Of a stretch of 32,000 nt of DNA, positions 1 to 9,089 are shown in pieces. The stretch is from Gammaproteobacteria bacterium. GTDB lineage: Bacteria; Pseudomonadota; Gammaproteobacteria; JBIOEC01. The notes below the pieces were generated by a model. The model had not been told where the DNA came from, did not search any database, and worked only from the letters and a program-made list of their open reading frames with translations. Numbering within the stretch: position 1 is the first letter of the stretch; each line of letters begins with the position of its first letter. The stretch covers positions 840,001 through 872,000 of the forward strand of contig OZ257143.1 of assembly GCA_965279305.1 (NCBI GenBank), in the 5' to 3' direction. The position numbers and the translations under genes are program-made.

Positions 1-849
1 TAATTTGCTTACGCCATCATATTGTACTTGCGACAGTTTTAATTGGATTTTTTCATGATTTTTAGGAATAGAAGAACCTTTTAAATCACCGTCTACGGTT
101 AAGTCATTAAATTCATAATACTTTTTATCAGGATCGACATTAGCTTTTGTTGTAATATCCCAGTAGCTTGTTACTTGAGTAGCAGGAGCAACTACTTTTC
201 CGCTAATAGTAATAGGAAACTCATGGTTAAAACCTAAGTTATCAGCATTCACTGAAAGTTCAGAGATATTCCACTGTTGATTTTTTTGTTGGTCATCCCA
301 AACTACTGATGAATTTTCAAGCTCTAATTCCCCTATATTGAAATTAAAAGAGCTTGATTGATCAGAAGCATTACTTGCTGAACTATTAATAGAATGATCA
401 GTGCTGCTCGATGTTGTTGATGCAGCTTTAACGTTAGAGGGGGCCCCTAACAAATCATCCCAATTGGTTTTCCCATTTGACAAGGTGGTTAAGTGAATAA
501 CGGCACCATCAACAGAAAGATCATTTAACACCACTGAGCGGGAAAAAATTAAAGGCATAATAGCTAAATCAAAATTAAGGGTTTCAATGCTAGCAAAAGT
601 AGCAGGAGAAAAACCGCTACGATTAGAAAGACTTACTTGAGAGGCTTCTATGCCTACGCCAGGAAAGAAACTCCATTTTAATTCACCTGCAATAGTGAGA
701 TCGCGCCCTGTAGAGGTTTTTACGCTTTCAATTATTTTGGTTTTGTAGGTGTTGGGATCAATAAATCGAGTAACAGTAAAAAGACCAGCCCAAAAAATTA
801 AAAAAGCAGATAATACGCCAACAACACCATAGGTGATTTTCTTATTCAT
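1..849 (-). CDS. AsmA-family protein, N-terminal part (gene continues beyond the left window edge)
   Basis: Absent from the ORF track because it has no stop inside the window. The reverse complement from ATG (849-847) reads MNKKITYGVVGVLSAFLIFWAGLFTVTRFIDPNTYKTKIIESVKTSTGRDLTIAGELKWSFFPGVGIEASQVSLSN...LSVDGAVIHLTTLSNGKTNWDDLLG. That is an N-terminal membrane anchor followed by the typical AsmA N-terminal region. I read the frame by eye to position 1 without meeting a stop. Confidence 0.7.
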   Translation of the reverse strand, partial: MNKKITYGVVGVLSAFLIFWAGLFTVTRFIDPNTYKTKIIESVKTSTGRDLTIAGELKWSFFPGVGIEASQVSLSNRSGFSPATFASIETLNFDLAIMPLIFSRSVVLNDLSVDGAVIHLTTLSNGKTNWDDLLGAPSNVKAASTTSSSTDHSINSSASNASDQSSSFNFNIGELELENSSVVWDDQQKNQQWNISELSVNADNLGFNHEFPITISGKVVAPATQVTSYWDITTKANVDPDKKYYEFNDLTVDGDLKGSSIPKNHEKIQLKLSQVQYDGVSKL

Positions 850-871
850 AAGTTCCCTCTTTTATAAACAG

Positions 872-2125
872 TTATTGTATTAAAGTAGAAGCTAAAGTAG
901 GTAACCACTTTAACTTGTCCATGACTTCACAAGCAATTACTACAACTCCGCATAACACAACGGCTAGCAATAAAGGCGTACCGCCAGGCACGCGAAATGC
1001 CACTTTGGCATTTTTATTTTGACGAATTCGCCACACAAATAATGCCGGTAGAATAATACAAGTAATGGCAACGAAAATACCCGCAAAGCCTAAGGCTAAT
1101 CTAAATCCTTGTGGATAATAAAGCGCAAAAGCTAAAGGAGGAATAAATGCTAATAAAATACTTTGTACGCGAGTGCTAGAGCTGCGATCTTTTCGCGCAT
1201 CCAGTAAAAAATCAAATAATCCTAAGCCCACACCTAGAAACGAAGTGGTGATAGCGATATGTCCAAAAAAGTTCATTCCTGCCGATAACCAAGAATTTTG
1301 AACAATATAGCTCATGGTCAGTAATAATGTGCCCACATCATCTTTTTTCTCGGCAATAGCGTCTTGTAATACTTGAGTGAAACTCATATCGCCTACTAAG
1401 GGAACTATGCCTAATACACCAGCTAACCAAAGCAAATAAATAACCAAGGGAATAAAACTACCAATCACAATTGCTTTGTTAATCGCGCTCACATTGTTTT
1501 GGTTATAAGAAACTAATGAGGGCACTACCACATGAAACCCAAATGAGGTAATTAAAATAGGCACGGCTGCTAGCAAATAGAGTTCGCCACCAGAGGGGCT
1601 AACGAGCTGAGAAAAATTAACATAAGGTGTAACTAGCGACATGGTGAAAATAAAAATAATGCCTTTCATACTCATCAGTACGCGATTAACCATATCAACA
1701 GAATGTGCACCCCAGAAAATAAAACTACCAAATACGCCTAAGAAAATTAAACAACTAATCCATTGAGGCAATTCAATATCGAGAAAAGTATAAAGGGAGG
1801 TAGATAAAATGGATCCGCCGCCAGAAATATAAGCGGCATTTAAAGCGTATAACAATCCTAAAAAGGCTAGCCAACAAACGCCTTGTCCTATAGGGCCTAA
1901 TGTGGTTTTAGCAATACTAATAAAGCCGTTATGGCCTACAGGAAATGCAAGTGAAGCTTCAGCGGTGAGTAATGCGGTTATGCACATTAAAGCCCATAAA
2001 GAGATCATTAAAATAGCAGCATGAGAAAACCCGGCGGCGGCTGACACAATAGGAGTGGCTAACATGCCTGCGCCAATGGCAGTACCCATTACAATTAAAA
2101 TACTACCCAGGGTTTTATTAGACAT
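872..2125 (-). CDS. Aromatic amino acid permease, HAAAP family (TyrP/Mtr-like)
   Basis: 417-aa polytopic membrane ORF. The N-terminus MSNKTLGSILIVMGTAIGAGMLATP matches the conserved start of tyrosine/tryptophan-specific HAAAP transporters. Confidence 0.85.
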   Translation of the reverse strand: MSNKTLGSILIVMGTAIGAGMLATPIVSAAAGFSHAAILMISLWALMCITALLTAEASLAFPVGHNGFISIAKTTLGPIGQGVCWLAFLGLLYALNAAYISGGGSILSTSLYTFLDIELPQWISCLIFLGVFGSFIFWGAHSVDMVNRVLMSMKGIIFIFTMSLVTPYVNFSQLVSPSGGELYLLAAVPILITSFGFHVVVPSLVSYNQNNVSAINKAIVIGSFIPLVIYLLWLAGVLGIVPLVGDMSFTQVLQDAIAEKKDDVGTLLLTMSYIVQNSWLSAGMNFFGHIAITTSFLGVGLGLFDFLLDARKDRSSSTRVQSILLAFIPPLAFALYYPQGFRLALGFAGIFVAITCIILPALFVWRIRQNKNAKVAFRVPGGTPLLLAVVLCGVVVIACEVMDKLKWLPTLASTLIQ

Positions 2126-2185
2126 AGAAGCCTCTTTTTCGCTATTTCTTAGATTCTAACATAAAAAATCGCATAAAAAACGAGG

Positions 2186-3553
2186 CTATTTATGTTTTTT
2201 CCAATATTCTGTATTTAAATTTTTAACCAAATTAGACAGTAGTAATAATGAAAGTAAATTAGGGATAGCAATTAAAATATTCGCAATATCCGCAAAACTC
2301 CATACTAATTCGATAGAGGTAACAGCACCTAAAATAACAATAAAAGTAAAAGCAATACGATAAGGCGTTACCCAGCGAGTGCCCCATAAATATTCCACAC
2401 TACGATCGCCATAATAACACCAGGTTAACATCGTAGAGAAAGCAAAAAACGCTAAACTAAATCCTACAATCGCCGCACCTAATCGGCCTGAAACTGGGCC
2501 TAAGCTTTGCAAGCCTTGTTCAAATGCAAAAGCAGATAAGCTAGCGCCATTTAAACCATCCATTAATCCCGCACCCCAGGCGCCTGAAATAATAATCACG
2601 AGTGCAGTCATTGTAGAAATTAAAATGGTATCGATCCAAGGGCCTACCATAGCAACAAGTCCGGCTTTTACTGGATCATTAGTACGCATAGCAGCGAGTG
2701 CAATAGGTGATGTGCCTAAACCTGCTTCGCTAGTAAATAAAGCACGAACCACACCGTATTGAATAACAGCACCTAAGGTACCGCCACTCACAGCAGAAGG
2801 TGAAAATGCATCGGTGAAAATAACGCCGAATGCCGCAGGGATCATTTCATAATTTAAAAATAAAATTAATATACCCGCGAGACAATAACTCACGGCCATA
2901 AAAGGAACAATAATTTCGGCTACTTTACCAATACGTTTTACGCCGCCGAGAACTACAGCGCCTAAAAGAATAGCAACCACAACACCTACCCATAAACGGT
3001 AGTCATTAGCGCTAGGAATTAAATAAACTAAACCATCAATTAATGAATGCGCTTGCACCATTCCGCCGGTAGTAATGGTTCCTAAAATCATAAACACGGC
3101 AAAAACCGCACCCATCTTAGGCCAATTTAATGCGTTCTTTAACGTGTACATCGGGCCGCCAGACATTTCGCCTTTTGAATTGACTTCGCGGTATTTATTT
3201 CCCAATGTTGAATCCGCAAATTTTATAGACATGGCAAATAATGCGGTAACCCACATCCAAAATACGGCGCCAGGTCCACCAAATACAATAGCAGTAGCAA
3301 CACCAGCAATATTTCCGGTGCCTATGGTTCCTGAAAGAACGGTAGTAAATGCTTGGAAGGCAGAAACGTCACCTTTTTCGTTGGGCTTTTCCTCTTTATT
3401 GACGACAAGTTTGAGCGCAGTTTTGATATGAGTGAATTGAATGCCGCGTAAAAGCCAGGTGAAATAAATTCCTGTGCCTACCAGTAAACAAATAAAAGGC
3501 CAGGCGCGCGCTTGCTCGGCAAACCAATGAACATAAAGAGAAAAGTTTTCCAT
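2186..3553 (-). CDS. Alanine/glycine:cation symporter (AGCS family)
   Basis: 455-aa polytopic ORF containing the AGCS signature stretch LSGTIGTGNIAGVATAIVFGGPGAVFWMW. Confidence 0.9.
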   Translation of the reverse strand: MENFSLYVHWFAEQARAWPFICLLVGTGIYFTWLLRGIQFTHIKTALKLVVNKEEKPNEKGDVSAFQAFTTVLSGTIGTGNIAGVATAIVFGGPGAVFWMWVTALFAMSIKFADSTLGNKYREVNSKGEMSGGPMYTLKNALNWPKMGAVFAVFMILGTITTGGMVQAHSLIDGLVYLIPSANDYRLWVGVVVAILLGAVVLGGVKRIGKVAEIIVPFMAVSYCLAGILILFLNYEMIPAAFGVIFTDAFSPSAVSGGTLGAVIQYGVVRALFTSEAGLGTSPIALAAMRTNDPVKAGLVAMVGPWIDTILISTMTALVIIISGAWGAGLMDGLNGASLSAFAFEQGLQSLGPVSGRLGAAIVGFSLAFFAFSTMLTWCYYGDRSVEYLWGTRWVTPYRIAFTFIVILGAVTSIELVWSFADIANILIAIPNLLSLLLLSNLVKNLNTEYWKKHK

Positions 3554-3614
3554 AGCGGGCTCCTTGCGATAGAGAGAACAGCCATGCTAGCACAAATTAA
3601 TATCGCAACAAAGG

Positions 3615-4388
3615 CTAAATGATGCAGCAGCGAAGCTCAAAAGGAATGTCGCCTTGGCAGGGTTGTGAACGCTCGGAGAGCGGCATAAATTCCCAGAAAC
3701 GTATGCTGGTCCTAAATTTTCCACCACTCATTTCGGGGTATACGCCCAGCTTTGAATTTAGCTTAATTTGTATAAGAGGGCAGTACACATTGGCATCTAG
3801 GTTTTTTTGGTAAAAACCCTGGTAAGCCACTTCGGGTTGGTAATAGCTACGATTGCGGGTGAGGTGTAAAAGCAGCGTTAAGGCCTCGGATAAGGGCATA
3901 AAAGCTTCTAGCCAATGGTCAAATTGGGCTTTGCGCTGAGTCATGGGCGTATGCAGCCAATAATGATAAGCCGGGGTATCAAAGCTGCAAGTAGCCCCTG
4001 GAATAGCCAAGCGTTGGCGAATATTATTGAGCAGCTCATCGCCTCTGAGTACCTGGGCAACCCGGTTGCCTTGCTGCTGTAATAAGCGGATATATTGCTG
4101 TAATTCATTCAAAATTTGATTAAGCTGCTTGGGGTTAATATCATCATGGCCTTGTAGCTTAGAAAGGCTTTGTGAATGGCGTTCCATCTCTTTGCAGACT
4201 TCGTTTTTGATATCGCTGCGCTCAAATAGGGTAAAAAGCTCTACCATGGCCATCAAAGCCGTGCTACTTTCTTCTGGGCTTTCTAGCTCACGGAAGAATT
4301 CGAGCTGTTTTGCCAGGTGTTCCACCCTTAAAAGCATGCGTATACGCTCGGTTAGGGGTTGCTCAAAGGTAATGGATGAACTATTCAC
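3615..4388 (-). CDS. zapD: Cell division protein ZapD (YacF family)
   Basis: FEQPLTERIRMLLRVEHL near the N-terminus parallels the ZapD N-terminus, and the gene lies on the same strand downstream of coaE as in enterobacteria. The track start at 4436 is a TTG. GTG at 4388 with GAGGAG 9 nt upstream gives 257 aa, close to the ~250-aa family length, so I prefer it. Confidence 0.8.
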   Translation of the reverse strand: MNSSSITFEQPLTERIRMLLRVEHLAKQLEFFRELESPEESSTALMAMVELFTLFERSDIKNEVCKEMERHSQSLSKLQGHDDINPKQLNQILNELQQYIRLLQQQGNRVAQVLRGDELLNNIRQRLAIPGATCSFDTPAYHYWLHTPMTQRKAQFDHWLEAFMPLSEALTLLLHLTRNRSYYQPEVAYQGFYQKNLDANVYCPLIQIKLNSKLGVYPEMSGGKFRTSIRFWEFMPLSERSQPCQGDIPFELRCCII

Positions 4389-4490
4389 AAAAAAGGGCTC
4401 CTCAAACTGGCTGGGATTGTGCCCCCATCTTACCAAAGCTAGCCCCGATTTTGTACTGTATGTATCCGTACCGGTTCAGGCTTATTTAGT

Positions 4491-4519
4491 TTGATAGATA
4501 AGTTAAAGTAGGGTATAAT
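4491..4519 (+). promoter_or_regulatory. Sigma70-type promoter for the LRR/ankyrin gene
   Basis: TTGATA (4491-4496), a 17-nt spacer, then TATAAT (4514-4519). AGGAAGAG lies about 9 nt before the ATG at 4558. Confidence 0.5.
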
Positions 4520-4557
4520 AGACCCAGCCTTATTTTATAGATTAGGAAGAGATTTAT

Positions 4558-6690
4558 ATGATAGATTTTAAAGAACTTATAGATGCCATCCGCGAAAACC
4601 CTGCCGAATTCTCAGGCACGCTCGATTTTTCGCATGAAGAACCTATAACCCTAGAAGAGTTGCGTGAATTGGCCGAATTACTCCCCTTAACCAAGATTGA
4701 TTGCCTGAATTTTAAAGATTGTGATATAGACGATGCCAGGGCTGAGATTATAGCGGCAGCACTCCCTAGAACCCGTGTTTGTAAGCTGGAACTACAGAAG
4801 AACCGCATTGGGAATCAAGGGGCTATAGCAATTGCCGCTGCGTTACCGCAAAGCCATAACTTGACTCACTTGAATTTACGCTACAACCAAGTCGGAGATG
4901 TGGGTATTAATGCATTGGCTGATGCGATATTGCGCACAAGACTGATTAAGCTAAGTACTTCAGGTAATGAAAACACTACCAATGAGCCTAGAAAAAGACT
5001 GTTAGAAAATTTGGATAATAATTATGAACGTGTCAAAAAGTTTACTCAGGTAATTATTCATAATGACGTTAAAATGGCTCTCAAACTATTGAATGAAAGC
5101 GTTCCTTTTTCTCTTCCCTATGGATCAAATACTCTTCATCTATTAGGAGGCGATCTGCATTTTTTTATGGCTCAATTGTTATTGCACGATGCTTATAGCA
5201 AGGGATATTTGCCATCACTGTTGAAGTGGAATGATCCTGATGCTTCAGATAACGAGTCTGATGATGAGGCAATGTCTACGAAAAATTTGATAGCTAAAGA
5301 TAACTCAAATGCAAAAATACTTCCGCTATTAGAAGCGGCAGAAAGAAGGGAGCCTATGATAGCGCCTGATATGGCAAAAGCTCCTCGCGTTATTCCTTAT
5401 TTACATATCGATACCAAAGATAAAACGTTTGATCAAATTATCGCAGAGATTAGTGAAAATCCTGAAGCTTATACAGGAACGCTGGATTTAAGCCGTGTTG
5501 AGCTTAACATGTATGGCTTTAATAAGCTTTGTGATTTATTACCTAAAACTCAATTTACTGCTCTTTCTCTTAGTCTATTCTCACTTTCTGACGATATGAC
5601 AAGAATATCCGTAGGTAATATTTTGAAAAATACTAGAAGTATTGTTCAGATGGATCTTAAATTGACGATAATGAATCTTGTGGTTGTTTGTAATCTAATT
5701 TATGAATGTAAAAGATTGGGATCTAATCTAGTTAAATTAAATGTTAGTTGTGTGAAGATAAATGATGCTGTTATTAATAGGGACAGAGATTTTAATCTTC
5801 TAAGTAATCTTGTTGAATTCACGGCAACGAATGTTGAGGGTGAAAGTTTATTTTACTCATATAAAGATAACATTGGATCCGTTTTAAAAAATGGAAGAGA
5901 TTTAGCGCAACAATTATATGATGCCGCTGAATCAGGCAATGTGTATAAAGTAAAAGAATTGTTAGATATGGGCGTTTCTCCTTGTAGTCGTTATGCTAAA
6001 AGAGATCAAAATGAATTTGGTTCTACTGTTTTAGATACAGCATTAAGAACGGGCAATTTTTTATTAACCCAGTTGATATTGCATAAAGCACAAAAAGCCG
6101 GTTATCTTTACACCTTATTAAGTTTTATTGTGCGTGAAGCTTCAGGAACGCCTACATTTGTTCCAAAACCTAAAATAGTAGAATTGCTGCAAAAAGCAAT
6201 GGGTGGAGAAATTATTGATGAACCAATTCTTCCTTTATTACAGGAAGTAGATAAACCTATGGCATCACCAGGGGTATTAGCAGCACCTGAACCTATTATT
6301 GAAATAGCTGTTCCCGATGCTTTATATCATCAATTATCGGAAACCGATGCCAGATCAGATGTTGATAATTCAAGTACCAAAGCAGTTGTAGATCGTTTCT
6401 ATGTTCCCACTCCAGAGCCAGAAGAACGTGCCGAATTGGTAGTAGATGAAATAAAACCTGTAGTTGAAGCAGCAGCTGCTCCTGTGGTTTCTACTTTATT
6501 ATCCAGCGCAGTAGATGTTACTGCAAGTGCTGCAGTGAGTATGGTTGAAAGCGTATTTTTATGGTGGACAACACCTCCTCAAAAACCTGTGCCTGTAGTT
6601 AAAGATCCTGAAACAGCAGGGCAGGAGATGCAAGTGCGTGGTGCTGCACCTTTGGTTAGAGCAGATTCTTCTGATTTAAACCCTAGCTAA
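4558..6690 (+). CDS. Eukaryotic-like protein: RNI/ribonuclease-inhibitor-type leucine-rich repeats plus ankyrin-like repeat, present as two tandem modules, with a Pro/Glu/Ala-rich C-terminus
   Basis: LRR consensus is visible in CKLELQKNRIGNQGAIAIAAALPQSHNLTHLNLRYNQVGDVGINALADAIL. An ANK-like segment is LYDAAESGNVYKVKELLDMGVSP...GSTVLDTALRTGNFLLTQLILH. The N-terminal module (MIDFKELIDAIRENPAEFSGTLDFS...) is repeated at about aa 290 (KTFDQIIAEISENPEAYTGTLDLS...). The stop overlaps convergent coaE by 15 nt. Confidence 0.75.
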   Translation: MIDFKELIDAIRENPAEFSGTLDFSHEEPITLEELRELAELLPLTKIDCLNFKDCDIDDARAEIIAAALPRTRVCKLELQKNRIGNQGAIAIAAALPQSHNLTHLNLRYNQVGDVGINALADAILRTRLIKLSTSGNENTTNEPRKRLLENLDNNYERVKKFTQVIIHNDVKMALKLLNESVPFSLPYGSNTLHLLGGDLHFFMAQLLLHDAYSKGYLPSLLKWNDPDASDNESDDEAMSTKNLIAKDNSNAKILPLLEAAERREPMIAPDMAKAPRVIPYLHIDTKDKTFDQIIAEISENPEAYTGTLDLSRVELNMYGFNKLCDLLPKTQFTALSLSLFSLSDDMTRISVGNILKNTRSIVQMDLKLTIMNLVVVCNLIYECKRLGSNLVKLNVSCVKINDAVINRDRDFNLLSNLVEFTATNVEGESLFYSYKDNIGSVLKNGRDLAQQLYDAAESGNVYKVKELLDMGVSPCSRYAKRDQNEFGSTVLDTALRTGNFLLTQLILHKAQKAGYLYTLLSFIVREASGTPTFVPKPKIVELLQKAMGGEIIDEPILPLLQEVDKPMASPGVLAAPEPIIEIAVPDALYHQLSETDARSDVDNSSTKAVVDRFYVPTPEPEERAELVVDEIKPVVEAAAAPVVSTLLSSAVDVTASAAVSMVESVFLWWTTPPQKPVPVVKDPETAGQEMQVRGAAPLVRADSSDLNPS

Positions 6691-7278
6691 TGTTGTATAT
6701 TGCTGATGCAATTTCTCTACCTGTTTTTTTAGGTTCTCGCGATTAGGGTGCGTATTATCAATAATATCATCTGCCTGCGCTAAGCGTTCTTCTCTCGAAA
6801 TTTGTTGTGCCATAATTTGCTTAGCATTATCGGCATTTACTTGATCTCGCTCTACAATTCGCTCTACTTGTTGTTCAGGGTGTGAATCCACAACCAAGAT
6901 TCTATCTAAGTCATAATCATATTCGCTTTCTAATAACAACGGTATTACCAAAATACAGTAATCCGCTTTTAGTGCAGCGGTTAATTGATTAACCTGATCA
7001 CGAATCAGCGGATGCAATAACTCTTCTAACCATTTTTTTTCAGCAGGATTAGAAAAAATAATATGACGTAATTCCCTACGGTGTAATTCGTGAGTAGTGG
7101 GATCGATAATCGATTGACCAAAGTGGGCAATAATGGTTTCCCAGGCAGTAGATTGAGGTGTTACTAAAAGTCTCGCTAGTTGATCGGTATCAATAATAGG
7201 CACACCTAAATCAGCAAATAATTCTGCTACGGTGGTTTTACCACTGCCAATACCTCCTGTTAATCCAATCTTCAACAT
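6676..7278 (-). CDS. coaE: Dephospho-CoA kinase
   Basis: MLKIGLTGGIGSGKTTVAELFADLGVPIIDTD contains the P-loop and matches the canonical CoaE N-terminus. 200 aa. Confidence 0.92.
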   Translation of the reverse strand: MLKIGLTGGIGSGKTTVAELFADLGVPIIDTDQLARLLVTPQSTAWETIIAHFGQSIIDPTTHELHRRELRHIIFSNPAEKKWLEELLHPLIRDQVNQLTAALKADYCILVIPLLLESEYDYDLDRILVVDSHPEQQVERIVERDQVNADNAKQIMAQQISREERLAQADDIIDNTHPNRENLKKQVEKLHQQYTTLARV

Positions 7279-7279
7279 A

Positions 7280-8047
7280 CTATCCCCACAATAATAAATA
7301 TGCGCCCGCTATGGCTAAAAAAGTACCTAATGGCAATGGCGTAGTGCGCGTTAACCTTTTACGAAAATGCTGCGACAAGGCAAACACCAGGCCTAAGCCA
7401 CTCGCGATTACCACCAATAAAGGTAATGCTGCCCATCCTAACCACGCGCCCAATGCCGCTAACAATTTAAAATCACCGTAACCTAAACCATTTCTTTTAG
7501 TAATAAACTGATGTACCCAAAAAATAATCCATAAACTTAAGTAACCAACCATAGCACCAATCACTGCATCCGGCAAAGGCACAAATAGGCCATTTAAATT
7601 AATCAATAAACCTAACCATACTAAAGGCAACGTGATGATATCTGGCAACATATGGTAACGAAAATCCAATACCAATAAAATAAGCAAATTACATAATAGA
7701 AATACGGAGGCGAATGCTTTTAGCGTAATTCCATCCTGAAAATAAACTGCCACAAAAATAACCGCGGTGATTAATTCAATAGCCGGATACATCCATGAAA
7801 TAGGATTTTTGCAATGTCGGCAACGGCCACGTAACTGAATATAACTAAATAAAGGAATAAGATCATAAAAACGCAACGGCGTAGCACAGTGCGAACAATG
7901 CGAATGTGGCCAGGCAATATTAAACGCTTTTCCCTCATGAGCTTGATGCATAGCAGCAAAACCTAACATACGAGGTAAGCGATCGATAATCACATGCAAA
8001 TAGCTGCCTACCACTAAACCGGTCAGAATAACAAAGAAGATAATCAT
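7280..8047 (-). CDS. pilD: Prepilin peptidase / N-methyltransferase (A24 family)
   Basis: Paired Cys motifs CSHCATPL...GRCRHCKNPI, a polytopic C-terminal peptidase region (GYGDFKLLAALGAWLG), and a position after pilC. Confidence 0.9.
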   Translation of the reverse strand: MIIFFVILTGLVVGSYLHVIIDRLPRMLGFAAMHQAHEGKAFNIAWPHSHCSHCATPLRFYDLIPLFSYIQLRGRCRHCKNPISWMYPAIELITAVIFVAVYFQDGITLKAFASVFLLCNLLILLVLDFRYHMLPDIITLPLVWLGLLINLNGLFVPLPDAVIGAMVGYLSLWIIFWVHQFITKRNGLGYGDFKLLAALGAWLGWAALPLLVVIASGLGLVFALSQHFRKRLTRTTPLPLGTFLAIAGAYLLLWG

Positions 8048-8048
8048 A

Positions 8049-9089
8049 TTAATGTCCTATCATCAGTCCCATATTAAATAAGGGTAAATAAAGCGCAATC
8101 ACTATTCCGCCAATCATAATACCTAATATGATCAATAAGAGAGGCTCCAGCAAAACGGTTAAACGATCCGTTAGCACTTGTAGCTGTTGCTGGTAATAAA
8201 CCGCTGTATCATATAATAGAGTATGTAGCTTGCCAGTATATTCTCCCATTTTCCATAAGTGAATAGCGAGAGCAGGAAAAAGTTGGGTTTGCTCTAATGC
8301 ATAAGAAAAGGATTGCCCTTGATGAATTAAAGTCAGGGCAATATTTAAACGTTGCTTTACAAAAGGGTTATATAAAGTATTTATGCTTGCTTCATATGCC
8401 TTTATGATAGGAATGCCCGCAGATAACAATATAGACAAAGTTCCTGAAAATAAAATAAGGGTGCTATAGCGAGAAAATAAACTTATATGGCTTTTCCAGT
8501 ATTGCTGTGAAGTCCATAATAAAAACTGAGGAGAATAACGAGCGAGTAAGCAAAAACCAGAACCTGCCCCTATTAAAATAATCAAAATAGGAATAATAGC
8601 GCTGGTTACCATCGATGATATGGCTAGTACCAATCGAGTAGGAGCAGGCAAAGGATGGTTTAACTGTGAAAATACGCCAGCCATTTGAGGAATGGCATAA
8701 ATAAATAATAAAATTAATACGCCAAACCCTGTAAGTAATACTAAACAAGGGTAAATGAAAGCTTTAATCATTTGTACTTTTAATTGCTCTCGTCTTTTCT
8801 TTTCTATAATAATGTTTTCTAACATGATGGATATTTTTCCTGATTTCTCCCCAGTGGTAATCAAATGGCAATAAGTGCTATCAAAAATTTGACCATGCTT
8901 TTTTAACGCTAGTGAAAGAGGGGTTCCGTTATTTATTTCGACATATAGTTCGTTTGAAAGTTTTTTTAAATAGTGATGTGGGCATGATAAAGAAAGCAAA
9001 TACAGCGCTTGGTTAAGTGGAATATGTGCATTAAGCAGTAGTAATAATTGTTGTGACCAAGAGATTATTAAAGCAGGTGACAGTTTCAT
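8049..9089 (-). CDS. pilC: Type IV pilus platform protein (GspF/PilC family)
   Basis: 346-aa membrane ORF with a duplicated GspF-type domain (...GEKSGKISIMLENI... and ...MGEYTGKLHTLLYD...). Its start overlaps the pilB stop by 1 nt (TAATG). Confidence 0.85.
   Translation of the reverse strand: MKLSPALIISWSQQLLLLLNAHIPLNQALYLLSLSCPHHYLKKLSNELYVEINNGTPLSLALKKHGQIFDSTYCHLITTGEKSGKISIMLENIIIEKKRREQLKVQMIKAFIYPCLVLLTGFGVLILLFIYAIPQMAGVFSQLNHPLPAPTRLVLAISSMVTSAIIPILIILIGAGSGFCLLARYSPQFLLWTSQQYWKSHISLFSRYSTLILFSGTLSILLSAGIPIIKAYEASINTLYNPFVKQRLNIALTLIHQGQSFSYALEQTQLFPALAIHLWKMGEYTGKLHTLLYDTAVYYQQQLQVLTDRLTVLLEPLLLIILGIMIGGIVIALYLPLFNMGLMIGH

Noticed and set aside
3396-3593. 65-aa ORF downstream of zapD as a candidate yacG (expected after zapD in enterobacterial synteny)
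   Set aside because: It overlaps the 5' end of the AGCS transporter gene in another frame. It lacks the CxxC...CxxC zinc-finger of YacG, and its composition looks like out-of-frame translation.
4389-4436. Track start (TTG at 4436) for zapD, giving a 16-aa N-terminal extension MVRWGHNPSQFEEPFF
   Set aside because: There is no SD in front of it and the extension has no counterpart in ZapD. GTG at 4388 has GAGGAG at optimal spacing. The same reasoning moved the starts at 13134, 14831, 16361 and 22523 to internal ATGs.
7280-9089. PilC (346 aa) and PilD (255 aa) as truncated pseudogenes, because they are shorter than the Pseudomonas proteins
   Set aside because: Both are uninterrupted ORFs that retain their family motifs and are translationally coupled within pilB-pilC-pilD-coaE. 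The shortness lies at the N-termini and may be lineage-typical. There is no frameshift evidence.
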